A stretch of 64,000 bases of DNA, taken from NCBI RefSeq assembly GCF_963506605.1, contig NC_083277.1:81964001-82028000 (forward strand), in the 5' to 3' direction. The position numbers and the translations under genes are program-made. This DNA comes from Zootoca vivipara. Lineage: Eukaryota. How positions within the stretch are numbered: the stretch's first letter is position 1; each line of letters begins with the position of its first letter. Under the pieces are notes generated by a model that was given only the letters and a program-made list of their open reading frames with translations, was not told the DNA's origin and made no database searches. Below, piece after piece: positions 23,994 to 38,223 of this stretch.

Positions 23994-26827
23994 GTGAGTA
24001 CTATTTTTATTTACTGAAATGTTTTCTAAACAAGATGTAACAGCTTGAGCCAATGCATTTTACAAAGGCTGCAACCCTAATCCCAGTTTCCTGGGAGTAA
24101 ACCACAATGAATTCAGTACTACAATTTACTTCTCAGGAGGTATGGTTAGGCTTGCACTGTGAATCCCACTCGCACACTTAATTCTCAGGAAAGTGTGCAC
24201 AGGATTGCAACCCTGCAGCCCCCATACATATTTCCTCAAAAGTCAATCCCCTCGGGTTTCATGAGGGCACCGTCCCAGGTTAACAGTGCGTAGGATGGCA
24301 GTCTTTGAACGGTTAATTCCTTGCAGACTGGGCGGAACTCCTTAATCGAGTCAATTGCAAGTTAAAAGGAAGAATGCACTGGGGGGAAATGCTGTGTTTC
24401 ATTTACGAGAGTTGTCTGTCTGTGCAACCCTTGTAAAACTTTCCTCTTGCGCACAGAAACTTTGCAATAGGAAGAGACCCAGGGAATCGTCGTGCTGGTT
24501 CAATAGCAGCTAAGCTCCAACTTCTGAAATGGGGGGGGGGGGGCAGAGAGAGGGGCCAAATTCATTCCTGGTAATGTTCTCTTCTCTCTTGCTGAGCTCC
24601 ACACCAGACAATTACTACTCCATGCTACCCTTAACGTGTTGTGTCGGGGTGCCAACCTGAATAAAATATTGTGAGGGCCCAGGTACGCCCCATCCCACAT
24701 AACCGATCACATGAAGCGGTGCATGCACACCATTTAAATGGCAATGTCCATCAACTTGGGGGCACAGCCCCCTAAAGTATTTTATTGGGGGGCCAAAGCC
24801 CCCTCAGCCGCTAGGATATGGCTCCTATGTGTCATGTCATTGGGTTTTGATCAGTGGGTGTGCTGTTTTTATACTAACCTCCTAGTCCTGTTTCTCCTAG
24901 AGACAGGGGTAAATTTAACCCCCCACAAATTCCAACAGTTTAGAAGCTGTAGCCACGCAGATTTGGTCTGAAGTGGAAGTTGCCATGAAACCTTTGGGAC
25001 AAACAACTTTTGCCTTTGGAGGTCAAATTAAAGTTTCTAATGGGATGAGACTGCTCCGCTTATCTACCAAACAAAAGCTCAGGTGAAAGCAAAACAAAAA
25101 CAAAAAACAAAAAGCTCCCATCTTTCCAAATAGCTTCAAATCAATAATAACAATTCAATTTCTTAGTACCCCTTCACCATTAGGTTCCGTTGTGGGTTAC
25201 AACATTTGAAAGATACAAGATGAAAGTGAGTTTAAACTATTTACTGTCAAGAAACGGCTGGATTCATATTCAGTTGTCAAAGGATAGAATAAAAATGGGC
25301 ATCAAATCCTACAGTCTACAATGGAATCCAGCTTCTTTTTTCCCCCATTACAGAATTGCAGGGTGAGATTTCACCAACACCTTCCTTTCAACAAATAGGA
25401 CTCGAGAAAATCAAAAGACAATAACAACAACAATAACTAATAGGACTTGTTACGTTTCACCAGTCAATTCCTGTTCTTAGATCCTGCAGATTACCTCTCC
25501 CTCAGACAACTCTCCATTGGCAAGCTAGCTGGAACTTAGCAAAAATGTAGACTTGGGCCACAGTCCCATACCTACTTCCTGCGACTTCTGTTGAACTCAG
25601 GCTATGTACACATTTAGTGGCTGAAAACACAGTGAGGTGGTTTCCCACTGCTGTGTTTCAAGTTTCATTCGCACATTGCTGTCCACACCACAGAGGGGAT
25701 GGAGGTGGATGTCTTCACTCAACTCCCATTACCTGCTTGGTTTCCCCATGCCTGCAGCCCCCCTGAAAGTGGCTTTGTGTTTTCAAATCAGATGGAAGGT
25801 GGTTTGAAGGGAAAACGACCTAAATATAGCAGCATTTCTCAAGGAACATTCTGCCTCACAACAAGCCTGTAAAGTAGGCTAGGCTGAGAGCTGGTGACTG
25901 GTGCAGAGGCTCATGGCGGAGTAGGATTCCCTGTGTCTTGTCTGGCTCTCTAAGCACAACACTGATGAGTCAGCAAATAATTATATCTGTGCTACTTAAA
26001 CTGAAAGTACTCAAACCGAGGCATACTTAAACCGAGGTATGACTGTATAAGCTAGGTGTCAAATGGCTCCTTGAACCAAGGTTACTGTTGCCAAAACGGA
26101 ATGTCTAGTTGCTATTTTGGGGCAATGATTTTTAAAATGATTGACTGTGATTGATTCTCACTTAAACCTCTGGCTAATTCAGATGACAATCTTGAGCTCA
26201 GTTAAGAGCCTTGAGAATTTAAAGAAGAGAAGTCACTTGATCCAGGGACAGTCCACAAATGTATTGGCCTGTTCTGACCCCTTTTTCTTAATGGTGACTG
26301 CTCCTGCTCAGGCTGCACAGAAAAGGCATTTTGGTTCCAGAAATTCATTTCAATTGTGCAGATAAAACGTAACTGATAGAATTCTACAGGGTGGGGTATT
26401 AGTGTGCGAAAACAGTCCAGATCCAACGATCCCCAGGATGGTGGAGTTAACAGGCGCCATCCTAGCACCCAGGCATCTTCACTTGGTTGCAAGCAGTCAA
26501 AAGCCAGGTGTAAAATGTGCCTGGTGCCTGGCTAATTTCAAACACTGTTGGGTTAGACCCTTCTTGCTTTGGAAAGAAAGAGTGAGTGCCTTATATGTAA
26601 GCTGGAAATCACACTGTGTATGAGAATTAAACATCTTACAAGTCTGTATCTCAAAGGCTCCAGCTGATGAGCTTCAGAGGCCAAAGCCAGTCCTTTTCTT
26701 GGACAGAACCCCTCTGCAGCATAAAATAAAAAAGGAAGGAAGGAAGGAAGGAGGAAGTGCATTCTTCCCACTGTTATAAGAAAAAACTGCTCTCTTTCCT
26801 TTATGGGGTATTCCAGGGGTATTAAGT

Positions 26828-27784
26828 GGGTTCCCTATCGGTAGGAACCAGAGTACAGTGGTACCTTGTTTTGAGTCCGGGATGTGCGCAGAAGCACGAT
26901 TTAGTGCTTCTGCGCATGTGTGAGTGGCAAATCCGGAAGTAACCCATACTTCCAGGTTTGCCACGGATATTCAGCAAACTGGACAGTCGACGGGGTGGAC
27001 GTTCGCGGAGGTATTACTGTATATTGAGAAACAAAGCTGCTAGTAAGACTGATCTTTATTAAAGGAACTGTTGCAGCAGGGTCCTCATTCATCACACGTA
27101 GGAGGGAGGAGAACCCTGAGCAATGGTGCTTGAGCCCTTATATAGACTTTTGAAATTGCCCACCCTGTAGCCCAAGACCACCCCCCTAAAACATACATAC
27201 ATACATCACATTTCCATGTGCTCTGGTTTCCATCATGGTGTTCCGTTGCGCCAGAAGCGGTTTAGTCATGCTGGCCACATGACCCGGAAAGCTGACTGTG
27301 GACAAACACCGGCTCCCTCAGCCTGAAAGCACCGCAACCCCATAGTTGCCTTTGATTGGACTTAAGCGCCCAGGGTCCTTTACTTTTACCTTTTACCACA
27401 TACATCACAGAAGGAGGCAATCTACAGCACAAATCCTGCCTGCCAGGATACCTTATAATGGTCACTGATTGCATTACAGGTGCATGGGCAGTCCGGCAAT
27501 TCTTTTGTGATGGTTAATACTTTAGTTCCTGAATCCAGGTCACAGGCTCACCCTATTCATACACAAATACACCCTTAAGGCAGGATTTGCAAGCAAAAAG
27601 GCAATGGGAAGGTTTTCCCCATTTGCCTCCCTTCCTGCAGAGGAATATTTGAGGTCATTGGGAGAGTCAAAATGGCTTCGGGATTGCTCTCCCATGCTAT
27701 TTCAGACACATGGTTCATATATTTACATGTGTGTGCATTTATGAATATTTATTCTATATTTGAGACCTTAAAATTCTTATAACA
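26828..27784 (-). mobile_element. Solo-LTR-like repeat interrupted by a MITE and a Sauria SINE fragment (~27211-27395)
   Basis: Minus strand starts TGTTATAAG, has a TATA box (near 27140) then AATAAA (27055-27060). Homologous to the repeat split by the Penelope insertion (50315-50482 plus 56716-57150). No TSD found. Confidence 0.6.
26856..27019. mobile_element. Tc1/mariner (Tigger/pogo-like) MITE nested in an LTR-like repeat
   Basis: TA-CAGTGGTACCT...AGGTATTACTG-TA termini. Confidence 0.75.
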
Positions 27785-29987
27785 CCACCTTCCGTGCTTC
27801 CATTCTATCCAGCAAAAGTGGCTGGCCTTTAGATTCAGCAATGGTTCCGCAGCTGTTGTTTCTCAGCTGCTGGATTTCTCTGCCTAAAAAGCAAAGTTAT
27901 AAATGCTGGTATTACCACTGGCAGAGTGGAAGGAACATGTATTTATTCTGGCTCCTCAGTGCTTTAAAAATTAAGACTGCCTGGAGGCTACAGTCCTTGA
28001 CCTGGAAATTCTGACTCTAAAGCTCAGATGTGTGTGTGGACTGGTTGTCATTGCTTAATGCTGCCATTCCCATGACGGGGAAATACTTTGCAGATGTCCA
28101 GACCCATTCACTTTTCATTATTCTACTTTTTCCCGGATTGAGCTCTGGCAGGTTTTATGTCTGAGGCCCTGGTTGTGACCCCTCCATCCCTCTGGCTAAC
28201 AAAAGGGGCATGAGAATTTGATGAAGTTTATACATCTGGTTTTGAAAAGGTACAAGGGGAGATGCTATTGAATAGGCACCAGCTTGTGTATTTCAGACAT
28301 CAGGTATTACTACAATAATTGTTCAGTATTAATGGAGCAATTCACCAGTAACTGCTCAGTATGTGCAAAGCAGCTGGAAAACAGAGGGAAATAGTGGGGG
28401 CGGGGGAGGGGGACTTTTCAGAGACTAGCCCCACCCCCACCCTGCTTTTGCATGCTCTTAATCCGTAAATAACATTAATTTGTAACACATTTCTCCAGCA
28501 AGTGATTTGAGATGAGAAGATCCATGCCAAAGGATGCAGTGTGTGTTTCATTCCCGCCCCCCAATATGCCACGCACACATAATTTTTTCCCTATCAACCC
28601 AGATCCGAGGATTGGTTTGGGAAGTGATGACAGTCTTATTTTTTATGTTCTGTTACTGGAATTTATACTCCTCCCATCTCTACAGTTCAGAGTAGGAAAC
28701 GACACCCATTCATATATATCACACAAACACTCTTACATGCAGTCAAGTTAAAAAGAAAGTCCCGTACATCCTGTTTGAATTCTGTGGCTTTGCATATCAG
28801 GACATAATAACAATCATCCATCTCTGAAACAGACACGGGGACAAATAGAAGAAGAAGACGACTTCACCCCAGTATGGCTCCCCTTTATCACATACCCAAC
28901 AACAGCCCAACAAGACAATGACAAAAATCCACCAACAGCATACAAATCAATATGGCTAACCTGATCCAAAACACACACACACCCACACACCCCACTCACA
29001 CATGAAACAAAGACCACCACAGCCAATCACAAATGAACAACCATATCCTAGGCCAACCCCAACATCTCTCACCACCAAAGGAACACAAGTTCCTGTGTTT
29101 TAACCCACAGCGCCACCTGAGTCCCTGAGTAATAGTAGTAATGCAATAATGCTTAGCATTTACATTGCAGTCAAGAGTCCTCAAAGAACTCCATATAAAT
29201 TATCTCCAGTAATCCCCTTACAGCAAATGGGTATTGATGCTTGCCTAAAGCAACCTATGTACGTTCATATGTCTAAGGAGGACTTGATTGGCAGTTAGCA
29301 TCATGGCAGTAGTTAAGAGCTGCCCAGGAATTTGGCAGTGAAGGAAGGAAACAGATAAAAAGAGCTAAACGTCACCTTCCTGGCTCACACCAGCTTCCTC
29401 TACTTCTGGTGTGACCTGTTTAACGCTATTTATTTTGCAGCACTTCTGTTTAACTTCATCTTCCTCAGGCTGCAAACTTTCAAAATCCAAACAGCATCGG
29501 AAGGGCAACGCGACAACAGAAAGAACCAGGCGGGGATTTTGGCAGTCTGGGGAGAGGATGAATAAAAAGCTAAATGACAAGTTTATTATTAAACAAGGAA
29601 GAATTTGCACACAAGGCTTCACAAAGGCTTTGGCGTGTCAGGGCAGGCCATGTGTTGACTGGATATTGCTAACCCAGCCTTGGGTCTTTATTCCAGTGCG
29701 ACTGGCTCCCAGCACGACATCAGCCTCTGATTCTGGAATGCTCTTGAGATAGATCAGGTTCATGTGCTGTGCCTAGCAGAACTGTGCCACCCAAGCTGCT
29801 CCGCCATCCTCTGCCTGTATGCTCAAGTCAGCCCTTTCCCACCAAGAGTTCTTTGGACATGGACCCTGTGATGCATATGGATTTGAACCCTGTCACTCTC
29901 ATCTGCTCCGAACCTTGTGGCGCTTACGTGTGCCTGCTGCAATACAAGCCCATAACAGTCTGTGTTTGATTTCTTACAGGCGCCACC

Positions 29988-32900
29988 ATGATCTCCTTGG
30001 TTCTGTTTATCTGGATTGTGCCCTGCGTGGCCAGTCAGCTCCTCAGCAGCTTTGCGAAAGCAGAAAGTCAGAAAGGTTCCAAGCAGATCATCTGCAGCGT
30101 GCCAGGACCACAAGGCCCTCCTGGTGTGCCTGGAGCTCCAGGGTCCCCCGGGACGATGGGAAGGATGGGATTCCCAGGAAAAGACGGACAAGATGGAAAG
30201 GACGGGGAGAAAGGGGAGGCAGGCGAGGAAGGTAAGAGACTCCTGCTCCCTTTGAAAGCTCAGTCTGTCGCAATAGGAAGTGACACAAAGCAGGAGCATC
30301 CAAATGGGTCAATCCCAACACAGTCCCAGTTGGGTGCCTACCTGCCCTTATTAATGGTGTACTGGTAAATTTTGAAGTGCAGGCACTTTTCAAGACACTC
30401 CTAATAGCCACGTCCCTTCTAAACCAAAAGGTGCAACAAACAAAACTGGACTTTTTACCAGTGCAGCAGACATTGTGCCTGCATGTTTGGATTTTTGTGG
30501 GGGAATGTTTAGGAATGTGGATGAGATATTGTTTAATATATCCTATCCCAGCTTGTGTTAGCAAGCTTCAAAGTTAGCAGAGTTTACATTCCCTTTTCAT
30601 GCACAGCAAAAACGGTTGCTCAGGCTTGATGAAGCCTATGTTGTTGTTGTTTAGTCGTTTAGTCGTGTCCGACTCTTCGTGACCCCATGGACCATAGCAC
30701 GCCAGGCACTCCTGTCTTCCACTGCCTCCCGCAGTTTGGTCAAACTCATGTTCATAGCTTCGAGAACACTGTCCAACCATCTCGTCCTCTGTCGTCCCCT
30801 TCTCCTAGTGCCCTCCATCTTTCCCAACATCAAGGTCTTTTCCAAGGATTCTTCTCATGAGGTGGCCAAAGTATTGGAGCCTCAGCTTCACGATCTGTCC
30901 TTCCAGTGAGCACTCAGGGCTGATTTCCTTAAGAATGGATAGGTTTGATCTTCTTGCAGTCCATGGGACTCTCAAGAGTCTCCTCCAGCACCATAATTCA
31001 AAAGCATCAATTCTTCGGCGATCAGCCTTCTTTATGGTCCAGCTCTCACTTCCATACATCACTACTGGGAAAACACTACTGGGAAAATCACTTTAACTAT
31101 ACGGACCTTTGTAGGCAAGGTGATGTCTCTGCTTTTTAAGATGCTGTCTAGGTTTGTCATTGCTTTTCTCCCAAGAAGCAGGCGTCTTTTAATTTCGTGA
31201 CTGCTGTCACCATCTGCAGTGATCAAGGAGCCCAAGAAAGTAAAATCTCTCACTGCCTCCATTTCTTCCCCTTCTATTTGTCAGGAGGTAATGGGACCAG
31301 TGGCCATGATCTTGGTTTTTTTGATGTTGAGCTTCAGACCATATTTTGCGCTCTCCTCTTTCACCCTCATTAAAAGGTTCTTTAATTCCTCCTCACTTTC
31401 TGCCATCAAGGTTGTGTCATCTGCATATCTGAGGTTGTTGATATTTCTTCCGGCAATCTTAATTCCGGCTTGGGATTCATCTAGTCCAGCCTTTCGCATG
31501 ATGAATTCTGCATATAAGTTAAATAAGCAGGGAGACAATATACAACCTTGTCGTACTCCTTTCCCAATTTTGAACCAATCAGTTGTTCCATATCCAGTTC
31601 TAACTGTAGCTTCTTGTCCCACATAGAGATTTCTCAGGAGACAGTTGAGGTGATCAGGCACTCCCATTTCTTTAAGAACTTGCCATAGAAATGGGAGTGC
31701 CTGATCACCTCATCTGTCTCCTGAGAAATCTATATGAAGCCTATAGGATAATATATATGTTTCCTGGATTTTCCCCTTTATCCCTCTTAAAAGACACAAC
31801 ACAGTGCTCATTAAAAGTATGAAAATAGTTTACTTACAGACTTCCTGAGATGCAGCACAACTCAAGAGGCAGACTAGCTTAGATATTAGTATTTACATGC
31901 TGAATCTGCTCCATAGGGGAAAGCAGATTCATTGTTCTCTTGGCTGGAAGCCAAGAGATCTCTTCCTTAGATCAGTGTTTCCCAACCTTGTGCCTCCAGC
32001 TGTTTTCGGACTACAATTCCCATCATTCCTGACCACTGGTCTTGCTAGCTAGGGATGATGGGAGTTGTAGTCCCAAAACATCTGGAGGCACAAGGTTGGG
32101 AAACACTGCCTTAGATGTTGCTTGCTTGAAGTCCAAATCGAAAGAGACTGAAATGGACACTGGCCAATGACTTTACCTGGCCAGGTAACGCCCACTTCAA
32201 TTACAAACAGAGGAAAACCCTCCCAGATCAGTGGCAGGAAGTTTTGCTGCTGACCTGGTCAGGTGTCCCTCTATGTGGTCACTCTAGGAACTGTTGTGAC
32301 TTGACTGCACCTAGCCTTACATCCCACATTTTGGAGATCTTATTGTTTGAAAACTATGATGGGTCCCTTTTCTTTAGTCGTGAGGCTTGAGTTTCTCACG
32401 AGACTCTGTGGAAATGCCACAGGTGCTAATATCTCACATAGTCTGAGCAAGGATGGTGCTATAAGATGTTTCATTGTCTCCTGAAAATTGGGACAACAGC
32501 ATTATTATTAATATTAATATTAACATTAATATTAGCCAAATGATCTATCAGTATTAAAACTGTGAAAGGGAATTATGAGGTAAAGAATTATGGGAATTAT
32601 GCTTCTGCCTTCAAACAGGAGTCAGCGCTCCATCTTTTTCTATTAAAAATAGTGGCATGTATCCAACATTTCTGCTCGCCTCACACAGCAGACTTCCACA
32701 TGTGCAACAAATCCCCCTCCTCTCCCCTGCAGCCCCTCACCTACCTTCAAAATCTGCTACAGAGGGTTGAAGGACACCCCACACAGAGAGCAGATTGGGG
32801 GGGGGTGGCACAGGGAGAGGAGGGAGAAATTGAACTTGGTGAGCATGAGCAGAACTTGTTTTGCGCAGGGTTGGATTCAAACCATGTTTTTAAAAGTCCA

Positions 32901-33767
32901 GAACCTATTTTCTGTGTGTATGTTATCATGATGTATGCTAATTTTCCAGGCTCAGATACTGACACTTTAAAGCAGCTAAATAAAGTAGCTAAATGCTGCC
33001 CTGCCCCCAAACTCAATATAGACAGAAGGAATTCCAATTGCACATCCTGGGCCGTAGCTATTGCTCCTGCACGTAGCAATGTCTTGGAAACACCCTAAAA
33101 CTCCGCTGGCAGCTAAGTGTCCAGTCACTTACGGAAGTCCATTTCTCTCCTAGGTCCACAAGGCAAGACAGGAAATCCCGGCAAGCCAGGGCCAAAGGGA
33201 AAGGTGGGAGCCATTGGCAAAGCTGGTCCTCGTGGTCCAAAGGGCCTGAAGGGGAACCCCGGGAAAAGCGGAGGTGTGGGGAAGAAAGGCCCCAAAGGAG
33301 CCCTCGGGGACCCTGGGATGCCAGGCCCCTGCAGCTGCGGGGCAAACAAGGCCAAATCCGCCTTCTCTGTTGCAGTGACCAAAAGCTACCCGAGAGAGAG
33401 GCTGCCCATCAAATTTGACAAGATCCTCATGAACGAAGGTGCAAACTACAACAGTTCCAGCGGGAAATTTGTGTGCAGCATCCCTGGCGTCTACTACTTC
33501 ACTTACGACATCACTTTGGCCAATAAACACTTGGCCATTGGGCTGGTGCACAACGGGCAGTACAGAATAAAAACGTTCGATGCCAATACCGGGAACCATG
33601 ACATAGCTTCTGGATCGACTATCCTGTCCTTGAAGCAGGATGATGAGGTCTGGCTGCAGATATTCTACTCGGAACAGAATGGACTCTTTTATGACCCTTA
33701 CTGGACAGACAGCCTTTTCACTGGCTTTCTGATCTATCCTGACCAGGATTATCTGAATGAAATATAA
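29988..33767 (+). CDS. C1QTNF2: Complement C1q and TNF-related protein 2 (CTRP2), 2 coding exons, 285 aa
   Basis: Exons 29988-30231 (Kozak GCCACCATG, signal peptide, Gly-X-Y repeats) and 33154-33767 (collagen repeats plus C1q domain [28 protein letters not shown]...[12 protein letters not shown]). 858 nt; syntenic position. Confidence 0.96.
30640..31733 (-). mobile_element. 5'-truncated BovB (RTE) LINE with a 5' fold-back
   Basis: RT motifs [10 protein letters not shown] and NLRYADD with frameshifts; (CAA)n tail at 30640; 11-bp TSD ATGAAGCCTAT (30629-30639 and 31734-31744). Confidence 0.93.
31973..32108. mobile_element. ~136-bp hAT MITE
   Basis: TIR CAGTGTTTCCCAACC; TSD CCTTAGAT. Confidence 0.9.
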
Positions 33768-34191
33768 AGGGAAGGCTGTCGACAACAGCAACAACAGCCA
33801 ACTCTAACAGGAAGTCGGACATGGAAAATGAGAACTGTAATAATGTACATTCATCTAGTCCCATCTTTGCATAAGCAGTTTCTAACCTGGACTGTGTCCC
33901 AGGGGTGTGGCTACCTTGTTTATAGATGATAGTGTAAGCCCAGGGTAGTCAACATGGTGAGCACAAGTTGATGAACTACAACTCCAAACATCTCTGAACA
34001 TTGGCTAAGCTGACCGGAGCTGATGGGAGTTGGAGTCCAACAGAGTCTGGAAGGCACCATGTTGCCTACCTCAATCAAAGCCTTGGTGTTTCTTTGTGTC
34101 AGCCTGTGGATCCCCTTAAAGAATCAGCCTAGCTTATAAATTCGGAGCAGTCAGAGTTTTCATCATTTCTGGCCAGTGGCCATTGCAGTAT

Positions 34192-34337
34192 TGTTATTGT
34201 TTAGTCGTTTAGTCGTGTCCGACTCTTCGTGACCCCATGGACCAGAGCACGCCAGGCACTCCTGTCCTCCATGCCTCCCGCAGTTTGGTCAGACCCATGT
34301 TGGTGGCTTCAAGAACACTGTCCAACCATCTCGTCCT
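34192..34337 (-). mobile_element. Short BovB 3'-end fragment
   Basis: Near-identical to 30640-30790; flanked by CAGTAT direct repeats. Confidence 0.85.
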
Positions 34338-34659
34338 CAGTATAATTCCCCCCAAACCCAGTAAGGCAATCCAAGTATATGTTGAAACATACCCATTTAC
34401 AGAATGACAAATTATAAAAACTTAAAAATTGTAATGCCCTCTCCCCAAATCATTTAGATCAGTGTTTCCCAAACTTTATCAAAAACAAAAGACCCAATTT
34501 TGCTTCTTCGTCCCAATAATCTGCATGTATCCTGAAACCTGTCAAGCACAGCTCCTTCTTTGGCTAATCTAATCAATCTCTTGTTCTCCATCTTAAATCA
34601 ATTTAAACTCAAATGACATCACCTCTGGATTTTTCTATAAAACCTTCATTTGCTCAACA

Positions 34660-34745
34660 TCTATCCTGATGAAGTGTTCTGGAGAACTCGCAAAAGGTGG
34701 CCCACAACTTTGTGACATTTGAGTTGGTCCTAAGGAAAGTGTTGC
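34660..34745 (+). mobile_element. Decayed pseudo-LTR / hammerhead remnant of another Penelope-like family
   Basis: CTGATGA-AG-TGTTCT-GG-AGAACTC followed by a degenerate GAAA and GTTGGTCCTAA, the same layout as the intact pLTR. Confidence 0.4.
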
Positions 34746-35635
34746 TATCTTCAGCTTACTTAGATAGAAGCAATAAATGATCATGGTTCTCTGCCTAATG
34801 AGACACTAAGAAACCCCCAAAGGCAAACGAAAAAGGAATAATTTATAAAGAAAGATGGATGATGACCACATTATTTTAACAGTGGAAAAAAGATTATGAT
34901 ATTCAAAATCTGGAGCTCAGCACTGAAGTATCTTCAAGAGATCACAACACAGAATGAACAGAATATTATTTTCCCTGAATCCTTGTGTCCCATAATTTTG
35001 TCCTCACAGCTACTGCAAATGTCAACTGAAGTTACCGGTAGTTGTGGAGTGTTGGATTAAGGCCAAGGAAACTCGGGTTCAAATCCCCCTAGTTCACTTG
35101 GTAACTTTGAGCTCATCACTATCCCTCAGCCAAACCTACCTCACAGGGTTGTTGTGAGGATAAAATGGAGGAAGGGCAGAAGCATGTATGCTGCTTTGAA
35201 ATCCTTGGAGGGGAGGCAGTGTTGTTAATGAATGATAATTGGTAAAGGAAAGAAGATAAATAGAAACCAACAATATGTATCAGCCACTTGATGCTTTAAT
35301 GTTGTATGTATATTGCCACCTAGTGACTACCACCTTCATTGCACAAGGTGCTGCCTGAACAATACAATTTTGCAACCAAGCACTGGTGTTTTCACAATAA
35401 AAGTGCCTTTTAACATGCTCACTGCACATACAAGCAAACAATGCTATGCAGTTTTAAATGTAAAGAAATCCAGGTGTGTTTTTTTTCCAATCAGCTGAGG
35501 GTGGGTGGCTTCCCATTTGCATTTGCACAAGAGTAAACATTTACCAGCCTTAGATACGTTTCACAATGGGCAAAATAGGGACTCGTGTTGTTGTTGTTTT
35601 TATGGGAAGCAGTATCTATTTCCATTTGTTTTTTG

Positions 35636-35831
35636 GTAGGTAGCCGTGTTGGTCTGAGTCGAAGCAAAATAAAAAAATTCCTTCAGTAGCACCTTAAAGA
35701 CCAACTAAGTTTATATTTTGGTATGAGCTTTCGTGTGCATGCACACTTCTTGTGTGCATGCACACGAAAGCTCATACCAAAATATAAACTTAGTTGGTCT
35801 TTAAGGTGCTACTGAAAGAATTTTTTTATTT
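35636..35831. mobile_element. Palindromic mini-insertion made of two opposed Penelope pLTR 3' ends
   Basis: Near-perfect ~90-bp inverted arms centred on GTGTGCATGCACAC-TTCTT-GTGTGCATGCACAC; TSD CATTTGTTTTTTGG (35623-35636 and 35832-35845). Confidence 0.9.
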
Positions 35832-36499
35832 CATTTGTTTTTTGGGTTGTGTTTTAATACTGAGCTCTTCTACAAGACTTGTTACAGAATTGTGCAAGAA
35901 GAGGTTCTTGTGCTAGACTTCCACATTAGAATACTTTTTTTAAAAAAAATCCATTGTATGCACTGATCCTACAACAGACTGCAAAAAGTGAAGCCCAATA
36001 TTGCTTTTGTACTACTTGAGAGACTACTTGGAAGTTCATCATTGGTGGTCTGTTCCACTGAATTGGGGAGGGACATCCTCTTCCACAGCTAGAGGGGCCG
36101 TGATTATCTTTACAGTGGAAGAAATACTGGTATCACATGCAATCAAGTGAGAACCCGCTTGAGCAGTGGCGACATTGTAGATATTTATGGGTGATAATGT
36201 GGTCTAGACTGCTTTAACAAATGCTTCTTCTATTTAAAACAGTGAATCTTCTTCAATGCACTGCTTCTAGTTTAGATTATGCACCATTGAATTCTCTAGG
36301 ATTCATTTCTGAGTACATTCAGTTAGGATAGCAGCTTTACATCCCAAAATAATGAATTCTGTGCTCATGATGCATGTTCATACGCCCTGACTAACCTCAG
36401 CAAGTAAGGAGCGCATGTTAAATTTCATTCTCTTCCTCCTATATCCTTCAAGCATGTTGGAAAGCCTTAACACTCGGGAAGAAGCAGAGTGGAAGAAGA

Positions 36500-36733
36500 G
36501 TTTGGATTTGATATCCCGCTTTATCACTACCCAAAGGAGTCTCAAAGCAGCTAACATTCTCCTTTCCCCTCCTCCCCTACAGCAGACACCCTGTGAGGTG
36601 GGTGGGGCTGAGAGACTTCAGAGAAGTGTGACTAGCCCAAGGTCACCCAGCAGCTGCATGTGGAGGAGCGGAGACACGAACCAGGTTCCCCAGATTACGA
36701 GTCTACCGCTCTTAACCACTACACCACACTGGC
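36500..36733 (-). mobile_element. tRNA-derived SINE (Squam3-like)
   Basis: Minus-strand head GCCAGTGTGGTGTAGTGGTTAAGAG (A box) and GGTTCG (B box), with a core containing CCTCACAGGGTG. A decayed + copy lies at ~35040-35225. Confidence 0.7.
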
Positions 36734-37737
36734 AGTCATAGCACATCCATACTTGGAGCGAAGACTCTGTTGCAATGGTAAAGGCTTCCACTGGGTATTC
36801 CGAGATTCTGATGTTTTGACAGTTGGGCAGTTGTTAAAGAGAGTTCTCAGAGATCCACTCAGAAGGAAGTTCATCCTTATTTACAGATCTCATATACCTG
36901 GTAATTATTTTAAGGCTTTTATCTTCTCCAATAAATTCATGTGAGATGGCTCTCTTACAATATAGTGTAGTTACAAGCAATGACACCATTGGAGCTTGTT
37001 GTGCCAGGAGTCAACCTTGCAGGTGAATTTGCCTCCGGGAAGGGGGTACCTTAGTGAGGCTCTAGAAATGGGGAAGGCAATCTGCAGTCCTTGGATTAAT
37101 TTCACGAAGGTGGAGGAAACCCAGTAAGAAAGAAACTCTTTTAGGTTCCTCCCCCACCGCCGCAAAAAAATGCTGCTCTTCTGTCCATTTAAATCAGGGC
37201 TGGGAAAACCTGTGGCCTTTCAGAGGTCACTATGCTCCAACTCTCATGAGTCCCAGGCAGCATAGCCAATGGTGAAGAATGATGGGTGTTGTAGTCAGGC
37301 AACATCTGGAGGGACACAGGTCCCTCACCCCGACTTAAACTGTTTTAGGGTATTGTGATTTATAAAATTCATATTATTATATAGTAGTAAGATTGAACAC
37401 GCCTAGCGAAATGCTGATTATTTCTTAAGCATCTGCTGGTAGGCGGTAAGAAAAAGTAAGAATGGAAAGTTTTAATAAGAATAAAAAGTTTTAAAATGTT
37501 TTAATTTTGTAAACCTTTGCCTTTCCCATGTTGTGAGCCCCAAAATCAGATTTCCTGCAGTCAGTTCCTGCCCACATGTCTCACAGTGACATAACATAGC
37601 CATTATGTGCCTTCCACAGGTCAAAGAAATCAAATTACATTTATTTATTTATTTCATTTATTTATTTATTTTTAGGGTGGTCCAATAAGACTTTTATAAC
37701 ATTTCATAGACCAACCAACAATGGGTTCCACAGCAGC

Positions 37738-38223
<486 letters not shown>

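Noticed and set aside
28800-29130. Short GQIEEEDDFTPVWLPFITY-like peptide followed by an A/C-rich tail
   Set aside because: Probably the 3' end of an L1-like LINE, but too short to call with confidence; not a host exon.
33150-33794. 214-aa antisense ORF
   Set aside because: Shadow of the C1QTNF2 coding exon.
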